Positions 9,677 to 19,706 of a stretch of 64,000 nt of DNA are shown here, piece after piece. Where the stretch lies: the IMG/VR virus record IMGVR_UViG_3300021426_000001, one strand, 5' to 3'. Source of the DNA: a virus (Duplodnaviria > Caudoviricetes). The notes below the pieces were generated by a model. That model was given only the letters and a program-made list of their open reading frames with translations, did not search any database and had not been told where the DNA came from. The first letter of the stretch is position 1. Every line of letters starts with the position of its first letter. A program made the translations under genes and the position numbers.

Positions 9677-11233
9677 CTATTTATCCTCGGTGAGGGCTTT
9701 GAGCTTCGCCGTCTCAGTTTCGATTCTCTGTCTTGACTCCTTCAGGAGACGGTCGTAGTAGTCCTGATTCTCGTTGAACGTCTTCATCGCGTGCATCTTG
9801 TCGCCAGTGTAGCCGCCCATCTTGTACTTTCTAGCGTCAAGGAGCTTCTGAGACTTTATCTCACGCTGTACTTCTTCCTGCTCTCTGATTATCTTCTGAG
9901 CTGCCTGAATCTTAGCAGCCCTCTCGTCCATGTGCTGAGCTTTCTTTCCGTCCTTGCGCTCCTCGTACCACTGATCTGTGCTCTGAGTGTCGTTCATCTC
10001 GACTGCGCCAGCGTCTCTGAAGTTCTCACGAACCGTCTCGTTCTCCCACTTGACTAGAGATTCCACGTCGCGGTCGAACGCTCTCTTCTTATCCATTATC
10101 TGAGGTACGAGATCCCATTGAGGAAGATCATAGCTGGTCTTTCCTCCCTCCTCGACGACTGCTTGCTGAGCAGCTATCACTTGATTCTTCACGGTCTTCT
10201 CATCAGCAGTCAGATCGATTCCATACTTCTGGAACTCCTTTACTTTGTGCTTCTCGACGAGCGCATCGACTTCTGGCTGGAGAACAGCCTCTACAGCCTC
10301 TTCTCGCTCCCTAGCAGTGACATAGTCGCCGTTCGACAGCATTCCGTTCTTGTCTGCCTCTTTTCTGGCCTCGGCCACAGCAGTCTCGCGCTCTTCTTTG
10401 GCTTTTCTCTTCTCTTCGTCGAGAACTTTGTGAGCGAAGTCGACAGCTGCCTTGTCATCGAATACATCGTCAGAGAGGACCCTCTTGTCTGTCTCTGTGT
10501 CTCTCTTCCACTCGCTCGTAGAGTCCGGTCCCTTGCTGTTCGGAAGCTGGAGATCTGATTGTCTCGGCTCCTGATCCAGTGAGTTGAGCTTGATCTTGTT
10601 CTTGCTCGCGTACTCGTTGCTGATGTCGTTGAAGACGATTGTCGTGCCCCATTCGACGCAGTCTTCTGAGCTGTAGTCGAACTCTACCTCGTCTAGCTTC
10701 TCTGCGAAGCAGTCCTTGAAGTAGTATTGAGCGACGACATCAGCGTCGAAGTTCTGAGTGCCGCTTATGACTTCTTCCCCAGCAGCGTTCCTTCCGAAAG
10801 TCACGGCAGTGTCGACATTGTTGGTCACTCTCGGATCGAGAATCTCTACCAAGAATATGACATCCTGGCTGAAGTCTGAATACTTCGGCGCATACTTGTT
10901 TCCGTCTGCGGCCTCGATCTTGTCCTCACGGTTGTCGTAGGTTCTGCGGAATATCTTCAACAGCTGCTTGTAGACAGAGAGATTCTTGTCGTCATAGAAC
11001 TTGACATTGAAGCTTCCTGAGTTGCGGTAGCGTGTCGGAACGTGGAAGTTCATTCCTCCGAAGTGGACCTGAAATGTCATCACTTCCATGTCTGGCAGCT
11101 GCACCTCTTTCACAGCCTGTCTGAGCTTCAGAATCTCCTGCGGAGGATCTCCGATGAACACAGTCAAGCGGTACGCCCACGGAAGTCCGGGCATATCGTC
11201 GTAGAAGTCATTGTGAAAGATGTTGTACTGCAT
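9677..11233 (-). CDS. Tail tube-fold domain plus charged helical C-terminal extension
   Basis: VKEVQLPDM...SGSFNVKFYD...YYFKDCF...FDYSSEDCVEWGTTIVF, then ~300 aa E/K-rich helical region. Confidence 0.6.
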   Translation of the reverse strand: MQYNIFHNDFYDDMPGLPWAYRLTVFIGDPPQEILKLRQAVKEVQLPDMEVMTFQVHFGGMNFHVPTRYRNSGSFNVKFYDDKNLSVYKQLLKIFRRTYDNREDKIEAADGNKYAPKYSDFSQDVIFLVEILDPRVTNNVDTAVTFGRNAAGEEVISGTQNFDADVVAQYYFKDCFAEKLDEVEFDYSSEDCVEWGTTIVFNDISNEYASKNKIKLNSLDQEPRQSDLQLPNSKGPDSTSEWKRDTETDKRVLSDDVFDDKAAVDFAHKVLDEEKRKAKEERETAVAEARKEADKNGMLSNGDYVTAREREEAVEAVLQPEVDALVEKHKVKEFQKYGIDLTADEKTVKNQVIAAQQAVVEEGGKTSYDLPQWDLVPQIMDKKRAFDRDVESLVKWENETVRENFRDAGAVEMNDTQSTDQWYEERKDGKKAQHMDERAAKIQAAQKIIREQEEVQREIKSQKLLDARKYKMGGYTGDKMHAMKTFNENQDYYDRLLKESRQRIETETAKLKALTEDK

Positions 11234-12709
11234 TTACTTCTTCCCGTTGAGAATGTTCTTGTAGCTGTCGTTTATCTCTTCTGCCTGACGATCTTCTCTG
11301 GTCTGGTTCAGTCTCACCTTCATGTCTGCCTTAGTCTCGTTTCCGCTAGGCAGGAAGCTTGATCTCTTGCTTCTCTCCTCATCAGTCATTCTCATCACGT
11401 GGACCTCGTCCACCTTGTGAGTCAGAGCGAGACCAGACATGCTGTTCTGTCTCGTGTCGGATGTAGTGTACCAGCCTCTCTTCTTGTCATATAGGACAGT
11501 GACTACGTGACCGGCTTCCTTGTCGGACGAGTCATAGTCGATGATGATCTTGTCGCCCTCACGTATCTTTCCGCTGTTCGCCAGACTCGTGATGTATGAG
11601 TTGACGTCACTGACGTTGCTAACTTTTCTGGACTCTGTCTCTTTGAATCCAGCAGCTTCCCACTCGTCTCGGCTCGAAGAGGCAGTCGGCGCTTTGACTC
11701 TCGTATTTCCGCTCACGATAGCTTCAAGGACAGACACTCCACGCTGGCAGTAGCCGTTGCTCAGCTTTCCGAATACTCCCATGTCAACGAGCGCATCAGA
11801 TACCTCCGAGTAGTCATTCACGTTCACTCCCTGCTCTCTCAGAACTTGACGAAGATGATCAATCTCTCTATCGTTTCCTGCTAACGTAGCTACTCTTACC
11901 AAGCTGTTCTTTCCAAGACGCTCAGACTCCGCTCGTAGCGCAGAGTTGCTGCTCACGTTATCAGTAGTGAATTGATGATGTATGTCAGTGTTAGCGTTCT
12001 GCTTTCCGTCAGGACCTAGCTCTGCGTTGCTTCCATACTTCTCTCTGTATGGATCCATGATGGCTGCGATTCTGTTGCCGACCTCTTCTGTGTTGAGCAT
12101 CGCTGGATCTGGCTCTTTGTCATGCAGCTGCATCTCTGCTGCTGCGTTCACTGGAGAATTCAGATTTCCGTGACTGTACTCGGCAGTCAGAGAGTTGAAA
12201 GTGACCTTCGTCTTCAGTAGCGTCACATCACTAGTTCTGATGAACTCAGGCAGTCCGATCTCCTTAGTCTTCAGCGCATACTCGTGCGAGAATATCTCTC
12301 TCTTCTTGATTCCGAACGTGTTTCTCTGGTCGTAGATCGCTACCCTCACGTAGAGATCTGCCTGGCCCCAGAAGAGCATCGTAGTAGCCTTCCATCTCCC
12401 CTGATTCAGGTAGTGGTAGAAGAGCTTAGTTATCTCCATCTCGTCCGTCTCGAAGAAGTCGAACTCGATGTCCTTCTTGCCCGTAGCCCAGAACGGAAAC
12501 GTTACGAAGAATGAGCCGTAAGACATCACATCTGCTGACTCAGACTCCATTCTTGGAAGATTCAGGCTGACGACAGAGTAGTTGAGCTTCTTGATCACTC
12601 TATCGTTCAGAACCTTGTCTCCCTCCCTCGCGTAGAACTCGCAAGAGAACAAGAACGCGCCGAGCGGTCTCATGTGAATGTCATCTTGATGTCCGTCTAT
12701 TCTAGCCAT
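11234..12709 (-). CDS. Tube-fold domain fused to a CHAP/NlpC-type peptidoglycan amidase
   Basis: N-terminal VVSLNLP...IEFDFFET; C-terminal GYCQRGVS...GDKIII...AGHVVTV...WYTTSDTRQ (Cys/His dyad). Confidence 0.6.
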   Translation of the reverse strand: MARIDGHQDDIHMRPLGAFLFSCEFYAREGDKVLNDRVIKKLNYSVVSLNLPRMESESADVMSYGSFFVTFPFWATGKKDIEFDFFETDEMEITKLFYHYLNQGRWKATTMLFWGQADLYVRVAIYDQRNTFGIKKREIFSHEYALKTKEIGLPEFIRTSDVTLLKTKVTFNSLTAEYSHGNLNSPVNAAAEMQLHDKEPDPAMLNTEEVGNRIAAIMDPYREKYGSNAELGPDGKQNANTDIHHQFTTDNVSSNSALRAESERLGKNSLVRVATLAGNDREIDHLRQVLREQGVNVNDYSEVSDALVDMGVFGKLSNGYCQRGVSVLEAIVSGNTRVKAPTASSSRDEWEAAGFKETESRKVSNVSDVNSYITSLANSGKIREGDKIIIDYDSSDKEAGHVVTVLYDKKRGWYTTSDTRQNSMSGLALTHKVDEVHVMRMTDEERSKRSSFLPSGNETKADMKVRLNQTREDRQAEEINDSYKNILNGKK

Positions 12710-15047
12710 TCTGACTCTCCGGATCGTAAGGCGTCTGTGATGCTGCCATATCCTTGAACTCTGTGTATGATAGCGGCTTGCAGTAGTTCTTCACTAGACG
12801 AGAGAATGCGAAGCCGTAGCCGATCGTTCCAGCGGATGCTAGAATGTTTGTGTTGAACTTGCTCATCTGGACTGCGTTCTCCCTAGTGTTCTTGCACTTT
12901 ACGAAGACCCTGTCGCCCTCTAGGATGATTCCAGACGCCTCTAGATCAACTTCTATCATCTGTGTCTCGCCACTGAGGAAAGCGATCTTTAGCGGGACGC
13001 TGTCGTAAGTCTTCAACATGTCAGCGTAGCGAGAGAAGTAGAAGCCGCAGTTCTCTGGAATCGGCCACTCTTTAGTAGAATCTGAGTCGTGACCGACTAT
13101 CGTCTTTGACGGGTACATAGGGAGCGGAAGATATAGCTCACCGCACGTAGCTACCATCGGTTCTGGTCTGTAGCTGCTATTTCCCCAGTCGCACTCGAAG
13201 TAGATCTTCTCGTCTTTTACGTCTTTCTCCTCGCGTGAGAGGTCTATGTGAGTGAGCTTGATCTCGCCTCCGCCATCAACGTCGTCAACGATGTTCACTT
13301 CCGAGAGAACTCTGTTCACTGGAAGAATAGACTTGACTGCTACCATAGCGAAGTCAGAAAGTTCGCGTATGTCACGGTTCGAGTATCTGTCAGCGTTGAG
13401 GATCAGGGCCAAGTGAGCGGTTAGACGGTAGTCTGGCTTCGCTTTGTCCTCATAGACCATCTGTCCATCAGGTCCCTCCCAAAGCGGCTCTATTTCCGCG
13501 TCTATGCCCAAAACGCGATATAGCAGCTCAAATGATCTCTTCGTTCCCTTCCAGCGGTCGATGTACGGAAGTATCATGAAGTATCTGCGATAGATCGACT
13601 CAACGAGGTCACGAGTGTTCATGTTATTGTTCTGAGCGTACTTCTGAATAACCTTAGCTGCCCTCTCTACCTGCTCGTAAGTGAAAGCGAGCTCGGATCC
13701 GTGTTCTTCTGCGAATCTCGGCAAAAGCTCCATCTCGCACTCGTCTGGATTCTTGAACTGAGAGATTCTGTGAATCTTCTCAAGGATTCCGATACGGCAG
13801 TCTCCAGACATCGGCGTGTACATCGTGTTCAGCTCACGTTCGAGCAGCTTGCACAGACCGTAGATCTCTTCGTTCTTCAGGACGCTAGGGATGAACGGAT
13901 CTACGTTCAGCTTTCTCTTGTTGCTGTCGCACTCGACTATGAATCTTCCGAGTTCTCCCTCTGTGTAAGTGAGTGATCTGATCTCAGTAGCGAGGTCAGG
14001 ATCCATCATCACTACGATCTCCTCCTTATCGGATAGATAGCATTTTACCTCTCCAAGTGTGCCATCAAGATATGCGTAAGCCTTCACGTAGCCAGAGCTG
14101 TCGATTCCGTCAACTTGCTGCGTATAGACTCTTTCGTCTGGACCATCAGTATCACCTGAGAGATAGCCGACAGAGCCGTCTAGGAGTCCGATTTTCGCCT
14201 TGAATCCGTATTCAGCGAGTGTCTCGTTCGGATCATAGACGCTGATGGTTGTCTTGCCTATCGTGTCCCTGTCTACGAAGAGGTTGGCTGGATTAGTGTC
14301 AACGAAGTCTAGCTTGAGACGCTGAACGTCTTCGAGCATCTCATCCTTAGTCGCCTTGTAGAGGGTGAATGCACGCTCAAGCTCCTCATCGAGCTCATTT
14401 CCCGCGATGTCGTAGAACTTGTACCCCAAGACGATGTAGTCGAACTGATCAGTGCAGCTCAGTAGGACTTCTTTCACCTCATCATAAGTCGGATCGATCT
14501 CGATCGTAACCCTGAACATCGTAGAGTCAACGCTTGACTGCTCGAACTCTACAGAGACTCCAGACATGACGGTATGCTCGCCAGTCTTTCTGCTAAGCTT
14601 TGCGATAGTGTGACCGTTGGCAGTAATCTCATAGGCGCCGTTGTCGATTCCAGAGTCGTCTTGGAGAATCATCTCCAGCTGCCATGTTCCACGGGTCTCG
14701 TAGTCATAATTTCCGTGTCTGCCCGAGTGTCCGTGTTCCTCAGTACGGAAGGAAGTGAATACTCCAGTGTAAGATCGCAGAACTGGCTTTGTGTAGTCGA
14801 TGACGACATTCTTCTGCGTAGAGATTAGCTTCTGATCTCCGACTACGTTTCCGTCGAAGTAGATAGTGCCTGGAAGATCCTTTGCTAGAGGCGCCAAGTC
14901 GTTCTGATACGGCTGTCTTCTGTACGCATCGGTCGGACCGTCGCGATGATTCTCGCTGCCGAACAGCCAAGTCACTCTGTCAGGATTTATAGCGTCAAAG
15001 AGACGTAGAGAATCAGCCCCAAATTCTTTAAACACTTCGATCTTCAT
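12702..15047 (-). CDS. Baseplate wedge protein (gp7/P2 gpI-like)
   Basis: LLPRFAEEHG...YIDRWKGTKRSFELLYRVLG...KSILPVN; ATG 15047 follows late promoter 15055-15062. Confidence 0.65.
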   Translation of the reverse strand: MKIEVFKEFGADSLRLFDAINPDRVTWLFGSENHRDGPTDAYRRQPYQNDLAPLAKDLPGTIYFDGNVVGDQKLISTQKNVVIDYTKPVLRSYTGVFTSFRTEEHGHSGRHGNYDYETRGTWQLEMILQDDSGIDNGAYEITANGHTIAKLSRKTGEHTVMSGVSVEFEQSSVDSTMFRVTIEIDPTYDEVKEVLLSCTDQFDYIVLGYKFYDIAGNELDEELERAFTLYKATKDEMLEDVQRLKLDFVDTNPANLFVDRDTIGKTTISVYDPNETLAEYGFKAKIGLLDGSVGYLSGDTDGPDERVYTQQVDGIDSSGYVKAYAYLDGTLGEVKCYLSDKEEIVVMMDPDLATEIRSLTYTEGELGRFIVECDSNKRKLNVDPFIPSVLKNEEIYGLCKLLERELNTMYTPMSGDCRIGILEKIHRISQFKNPDECEMELLPRFAEEHGSELAFTYEQVERAAKVIQKYAQNNNMNTRDLVESIYRRYFMILPYIDRWKGTKRSFELLYRVLGIDAEIEPLWEGPDGQMVYEDKAKPDYRLTAHLALILNADRYSNRDIRELSDFAMVAVKSILPVNRVLSEVNIVDDVDGGGEIKLTHIDLSREEKDVKDEKIYFECDWGNSSYRPEPMVATCGELYLPLPMYPSKTIVGHDSDSTKEWPIPENCGFYFSRYADMLKTYDSVPLKIAFLSGETQMIEVDLEASGIILEGDRVFVKCKNTRENAVQMSKFNTNILASAGTIGYGFAFSRLVKNYCKPLSYTEFKDMAASQTPYDPESQNG

Positions 15048-15149
15048 ATCAAAGTATTTATAGTCTACGCGAAAGGCGCCCGCGAAGAGCGCCATTCCTA
15101 ACATTTTTCTAGATCCTAACGATTGGAAATGTTAGCTTTCAGAAAAATG

Positions 15150-16124
15150 TTAACATTCATTCATGCCGTCGATGTAGAGCGAGCAGTCTGGCTGATAGTA
15201 GAAGATCTCGCTTCCCTCAGCTGCTACGTGAGCCTGGTTGCCGAGACAGCAGACCCAAGCCTTCTGTGGAAGATAGATCTCGTGCCACTTCCCGTCTTCT
15301 GTCAGCATGTGTCCGACCTCTCTTCCAGCGTCGAACATCTCGTGGTCTGGGTTTGTCACTTCGCAGATGTACTCGATGAATCCGTAAGGTCCGTGCCATG
15401 TGAACGCCTGCATCTTTGCTATTGGCGGGAACATCTGATCTACCTGTTTGAAGATGCTTAGATCCTCTACCTTAGATAGCGATACGATTAGCTTGACGAG
15501 GAAGTCTACCTGTGAGCCCTGAATGTCGCCCTCCAACATGCAGTCTCCCATGCCTCCGAGCTCGACCGTGAATCCGACATTACCCTGCTTGATAGTTCTC
15601 GACTTTAGAGTTCCCTGAGGACCGTCGCGAAGAATGTATGCGATCCTGTTCTCGATACACCACTTCACGTAAGCCTTCGCGTACGGACCGTTGTCGATCA
15701 GGACGCAGTTGTGGATAGATGGAGAATTATGGACATCAAGGACGATGTCCATTTCGTTCGCAAGGCACATCACCTTGCTTCTAGCGAGATCCATGTCGTC
15801 GACTTTTTCCTCAGTAGGGAATGCGCGATTGAGATTTCTGTCTTCTGGGAGAGCTGAAGGATCCTTGAAGTCTGTATATTCTCTCGTGCCAGCAACGAGT
15901 CCAGGAGCGTTTGCGCCCATGTATAGATCAAGTGAACCGTTGATTAGATTCTCGTTCTTGATGCGAGAGTACGCTTCGTAAGATGCGAGAACTGCTAGCT
16001 GCTCGTCTCCGTGAACACCAGAAACCATGAGGATGTTGTAGCCCTCATAGTTCTTGTAATTGAACGAAAACGGTCTCGGAGTCTTTGACTCCAGCAAGTA
16101 GTCATAAGTTGTTGGGATTGCCAT
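15150..16124 (-). CDS. Succinylglutamate desuccinylase/aspartoacylase-family (M14) metalloenzyme
   Basis: SGVHGDE, RNLNRAFP, VLDVH and TVELG motifs. Confidence 0.85.
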   Translation of the reverse strand: MAIPTTYDYLLESKTPRPFSFNYKNYEGYNILMVSGVHGDEQLAVLASYEAYSRIKNENLINGSLDLYMGANAPGLVAGTREYTDFKDPSALPEDRNLNRAFPTEEKVDDMDLARSKVMCLANEMDIVLDVHNSPSIHNCVLIDNGPYAKAYVKWCIENRIAYILRDGPQGTLKSRTIKQGNVGFTVELGGMGDCMLEGDIQGSQVDFLVKLIVSLSKVEDLSIFKQVDQMFPPIAKMQAFTWHGPYGFIEYICEVTNPDHEMFDAGREVGHMLTEDGKWHEIYLPQKAWVCCLGNQAHVAAEGSEIFYYQPDCSLYIDGMNEC

Positions 16125-16159
16125 TGGTATACCTCAGTTAGAATATACCAAATTTATAG

Positions 16160-16630
16160 CTACTGCAGCTTTCGCTTGTCTGCCCTGTAGAATCCGTCAT
16201 GAAGAAGACGATGAATCACGCCCTTTGCGATGATCGGCGTGCAGCCACGATCCACCATGTAGTCATAGAGTTCTCTGGCTCTGTCAGTGTCCTCGTCCAC
16301 GAACACGTCCACAAACACTTTCTTAGTGCCCAGAATGCGCACAGCAGCAGTGAGCGTGCAAGCCTCATCGACGTTGGAGGTCGGAATCATCTGAACTCCA
16401 GCGATGTAGAGCAGCTTGTGAGCCATCACGTGCTCACGAACAGTGAGAAACACCTTGTTCCACGGACGGCCAGCTAGCTCGTGGTCGTCGATCATGTACT
16501 TTGGGATGATGTGATGCTCTTCTCGGTATTTGATCTTCTTGTACTCAGGCTTGGCGCGGGCGATTCCCTTGCGGATCAGTTCCCAGTACCAGTGGAGAGC
16601 TTGCCGTTTCCGGAATTTGGAATATTCCAT
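16160..16630 (-). CDS. HNH homing-endonuclease-like protein
   Basis: EEHHIIPKY...NKVFLTVREHVMAHKLLY. Confidence 0.75.
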   Translation of the reverse strand: MEYSKFRKRQALHWYWELIRKGIARAKPEYKKIKYREEHHIIPKYMIDDHELAGRPWNKVFLTVREHVMAHKLLYIAGVQMIPTSNVDEACTLTAAVRILGTKKVFVDVFVDEDTDRARELYDYMVDRGCTPIIAKGVIHRLLHDGFYRADKRKLQ

Positions 16631-16941
16631 CAGTTGTCGTAGCCCTCCTTCCTTGCCAAGTAAGCGAAGTGAGTCTTAGTGCAGCGGTCCCAGTCATTGA
16701 TGAACTCGAGCATCATTTCAACCATCTTGCGAACGACGGCGTCCGCGTTAGCAGACCAGCCCTTCGCGTAGCACATCTCTTTGTCGACATCGACATCGAT
16801 GAGCTTGAGAGCAGTGGAGGTCTTGACCATCTTGACCTTGATCGGACAGACATCGCCCTTGTTCAGGAGGAATTGTTCGCCGTTCTTGAGGTTCTTGATC
16901 TTGTTGCACATGCGGATGATTTGGCTTTCGGTGTAGTTCAT
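16630..16941 (-). CDS. Hypothetical early protein
   Basis: Directly downstream of early promoter 16969-17000, with RBS AAGGA. Confidence 0.7.
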   Translation of the reverse strand: MNYTESQIIRMCNKIKNLKNGEQFLLNKGDVCPIKVKMVKTSTALKLIDVDVDKEMCYAKGWSANADAVVRKMVEMMLEFINDWDRCTKTHFAYLARKEGYDN

Positions 16942-16968
16942 AGCTAGGTCCTTTTCTTTTACATAGTC

Positions 16969-17000
16969 AATATAGGTATTTCAGTCCTCTTTGTAAACCC
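16969..17000 (-). promoter_or_regulatory. Early (sigma70-like) promoter GGGTTTACA-N17-TATATT
   Basis: Same motif and 17-bp spacing at six sites in the window. Confidence 0.85.
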
Positions 17001-17016
17001 ATAAGTTTGGATTTTC

Positions 17017-17024
17017 TATAAATA
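17017..17024 (+). promoter_or_regulatory. T4-type late promoter TATAAATA
   Basis: Exact gp55 consensus ahead of the gp26-like gene. Confidence 0.8.
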
Positions 17025-17049
17025 TTTTAGCAACTCGAAGGAGAGTATC

Positions 17050-17802
17050 ATGCACTCAATCCGTGATGAACAAAAACCAACTCAGAAAGGTCCAAAGCTA
17101 ATTCCAATCGACAAGAATCTTCTGCCGTCAAGAGGCCGATACTACAAGTCCGACCTCTTCTGCAGGAAGCTCACAGCCATCGAGACGAAAGATCTCTCGA
17201 AGCTCAAGACGAACACTGTCAACAGTGTCTTCAATCAGGTTCTCAGCGGCGCAATCAGCGGCATCGATGTAGAAGACATCATGCTGAACGACAGACTCTG
17301 GCTCATCTACTATCTCAGATCGATCACTTACGACGACATTCCGTTCAAGGTGTTCGGCACTTGTCCGATCTGCGGCGATTCAGGGTGGTTCGAGTACAAG
17401 CTCAAGGATCTGGACGTGACATACGCAAACGAAGATCTAGAGCGTGACCTCGAATTGACGAACGGCGACAAAGTGACTCTGTCTTTCCCGACCATCGGAG
17501 ACGAGCTAGAGATCGCTAGAACGAAGGCAGACCCGAACCTGATGGAGAACATTGACGTAGACGTGATGACTGTCGCATCTCACATCAGATCGATCAACGG
17601 CGAGCCAGTGTCAATCTACGAAGCTTACGTGTACTTCTCTCGTGGAAATGGATCCGCGAAGGACTACAGCCGTCTGCTCACTCATCTTCGCAAATACGCC
17701 TTTGGCGCAAGTCCAAAGGGCGCATTCAAGTGCAGAAAGTGTAAGCAGAATCTTCTAATCGACATTCCGCTCGGAAGTGATTTCTTCCTTCCAGAGATCT
17801 AG
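17050..17802 (+). CDS. Baseplate hub assembly protein gp26-like
   Basis: LPSRGRYY...DRLWLIYYLRSITY...CPIC...FPT...CRKC...FF. Confidence 0.8.
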   Translation: MHSIRDEQKPTQKGPKLIPIDKNLLPSRGRYYKSDLFCRKLTAIETKDLSKLKTNTVNSVFNQVLSGAISGIDVEDIMLNDRLWLIYYLRSITYDDIPFKVFGTCPICGDSGWFEYKLKDLDVTYANEDLERDLELTNGDKVTLSFPTIGDELEIARTKADPNLMENIDVDVMTVASHIRSINGEPVSIYEAYVYFSRGNGSAKDYSRLLTHLRKYAFGASPKGAFKCRKCKQNLLIDIPLGSDFFLPEI

Positions 17803-18458
17803 CGTCGACCAGCAGTGCTTACAGCTTGTCTCAGAGGCTCGAGGACATAAGATCCGTCGGGCCTCTTTCTCTGAATGGAGATTCCGAACTGCTCGTATTC
17901 GAAAGTCGTAGAGAACGTTACAACGTCTGCTACGCCGAACTCAAGATGAAGTGATCCGAGTCCAGTGAGGAAGCAGCGGTAGAACGACATGACGGCAGTC
18001 GGCATCTTTCCGGTGTTGTCTAGCGCATAGACGTCGAGACGGTCAATGCAGTTGTCCCTAAGGAGTCCAGGCTTTCCAGGCTCACGTTGTCTCGCTGGAA
18101 TTCCGTATAGCGTTCCGTTGGCCCACGAGTCGAAGAGGAAGAAGTTGAGGAAGTTCTCGTCAAGGATCCACTCGACCGTCATTGTGTTCTTGTCTCTAGC
18201 GCCGACTGGATTCGGGTGCTTCTGCTCCTCATGCTGCCAGTTGGACTTTAGCATCGGAATGTTCTTGTTCGGGACTTCCAAGTTCTTCACGTTCGCGTTG
18301 AACACGTTCAGATTGACTTCGCTGTCTGGAATGTTGCTAAGGTTCGGGAAGTTGCTGATGTTCAGCTGGAATTTGTTCTTGGTGAAGCTGTTGGTCTCGC
18401 CCTTGTTGAAGGTCTCAGCCATCACGTCGCCCTGAGTCGTTCTGTCATTCTCAATCAT
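17799..18458 (-). CDS. Tail completion/tube terminator gp3-like
   Basis: NKFQLNISNFP...MTVEWILDENFLNF...W...LGSLHLEF...FSTTFEY. Confidence 0.7.
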   Translation of the reverse strand: MIENDRTTQGDVMAETFNKGETNSFTKNKFQLNISNFPNLSNIPDSEVNLNVFNANVKNLEVPNKNIPMLKSNWQHEEQKHPNPVGARDKNTMTVEWILDENFLNFFLFDSWANGTLYGIPARQREPGKPGLLRDNCIDRLDVYALDNTGKMPTAVMSFYRCFLTGLGSLHLEFGVADVVTFSTTFEYEQFGISIQRKRPDGSYVLEPLRQAVSTAGRR

Positions 18459-19173
18459 ATTTCATGCTCCCGTATATGTAGCCCTCTGCTATTCCGGGCT
18501 CTGGATTTCCCTGTATCTTCATTGATCCCTGATAGTGTCTCCACAGGAATCCGTTGCGTGTAGCTGCCTCTTTGACAGCTTTTCCGAGATGGTCGTATAG
18601 AGTTATCGGATCAGTCAGCTTCAGAGCGTCTATCTTCTCGAAGAACTTATTTCCAGCAGCCTTCCAGTCATCAAGGACTTTCTTCGGCGTCAGGACGTTT
18701 CCCCTCGATAGATAGAAGCTGCCGTTAGCGAACATCGTCTTGAACTCGTATGGGAACGGAGTCGAAGCTTGATCTGGAGCTTCTTCATCAGGAGCTGGTA
18801 TAAGCGGCGCAATCGTCAGTATGCAGCGCGTAAATCCTAGCCCTATGAGATAGAACAGCTGCTCCCAGAAAGCGCCAACAGCTGCCTGCGAGAGCTTCGC
18901 ACAAGCGTCATACTCTTCAGGAAGGACAGTGCCTGGCACAAATGTAACGATGGCTCCGCATCTAGCGCCCGTGTTCGGAGGAACGAGATATGGGGCTGGA
19001 GCAGCTGGAGGGAACTCTAGAGTCCCGCTGAATCCGAACTGCTTTCGTCCCAGGTTGCTCGTGAGTGTGCCCAAGATGTACTGATTGACAGCCCATACCA
19101 TCTTGAGCCTCGTGAACTCGTACTCTGGCTTTGGATCCGCGAACGCCGTCTTGAACAGTGTGCCGAAGTCCAT
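18451..19173 (-). CDS. Hypothetical structural protein
   Basis: ORF coupled to its neighbours in the operon. Confidence 0.55.
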   Translation of the reverse strand: MDFGTLFKTAFADPKPEYEFTRLKMVWAVNQYILGTLTSNLGRKQFGFSGTLEFPPAAPAPYLVPPNTGARCGAIVTFVPGTVLPEEYDACAKLSQAAVGAFWEQLFYLIGLGFTRCILTIAPLIPAPDEEAPDQASTPFPYEFKTMFANGSFYLSRGNVLTPKKVLDDWKAAGNKFFEKIDALKLTDPITLYDHLGKAVKEAATRNGFLWRHYQGSMKIQGNPEPGIAEGYIYGSMKYD

Positions 19174-19683
19174 TTACTCTTCCTGTGTCACCTTGATCTT
19201 TCTGGTGTTGACCTTGCGCTTAGCGATGTTGATGCTGAGAAGTCCGTTCTTGACGCTTGACTTGAGGGTGTCGAGATCGTAGACCTTCGGATCGATGAGC
19301 GTGCCGTATTCAAGAGTCTCTGGATTAGCTACCTTGACGATCAGCTTTCTCTCCTTCGGATTGAAGATGTCTGGATTGATCTTCACCTTGAGATAGCCCT
19401 GATCAGAGAGTTCGATGTCCACGTCTTCGCTAGTCTTGCCCGGAATCTGAATCTCGTAAGTCTTGCTTCCGTCTTTCTCTTCCCAGATCGTTGCACCCTC
19501 GCATGCAGACGGAATGCACTCGCTGAGAGGCTTAGCTTCTGGGATCTGTTGATGATTGAGATCCATCTTCGCTTGCTGCTGCTCGTTGTCGTAGTCCATC
19601 GCGGTCTTAGTCGGAAGGCGGTTGAGCGCACTCTCGAGCTGATCTGCCAAGCCGTTCATTCCGTATGCTGTCTTCTGTTCCAT
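19174..19683 (-). CDS. Small heat shock protein (Hsp20/alpha-crystallin)
   Basis: YEIQIPGKTSEDVDIEL...SSVKNGLLSINIAK. Confidence 0.85.
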   Translation of the reverse strand: MEQKTAYGMNGLADQLESALNRLPTKTAMDYDNEQQQAKMDLNHQQIPEAKPLSECIPSACEGATIWEEKDGSKTYEIQIPGKTSEDVDIELSDQGYLKVKINPDIFNPKERKLIVKVANPETLEYGTLIDPKVYDLDTLKSSVKNGLLSINIAKRKVNTRKIKVTQEE

Positions 19684-19706
19684 AGTTCATTCTCCATTAG
19701 TTAAAC

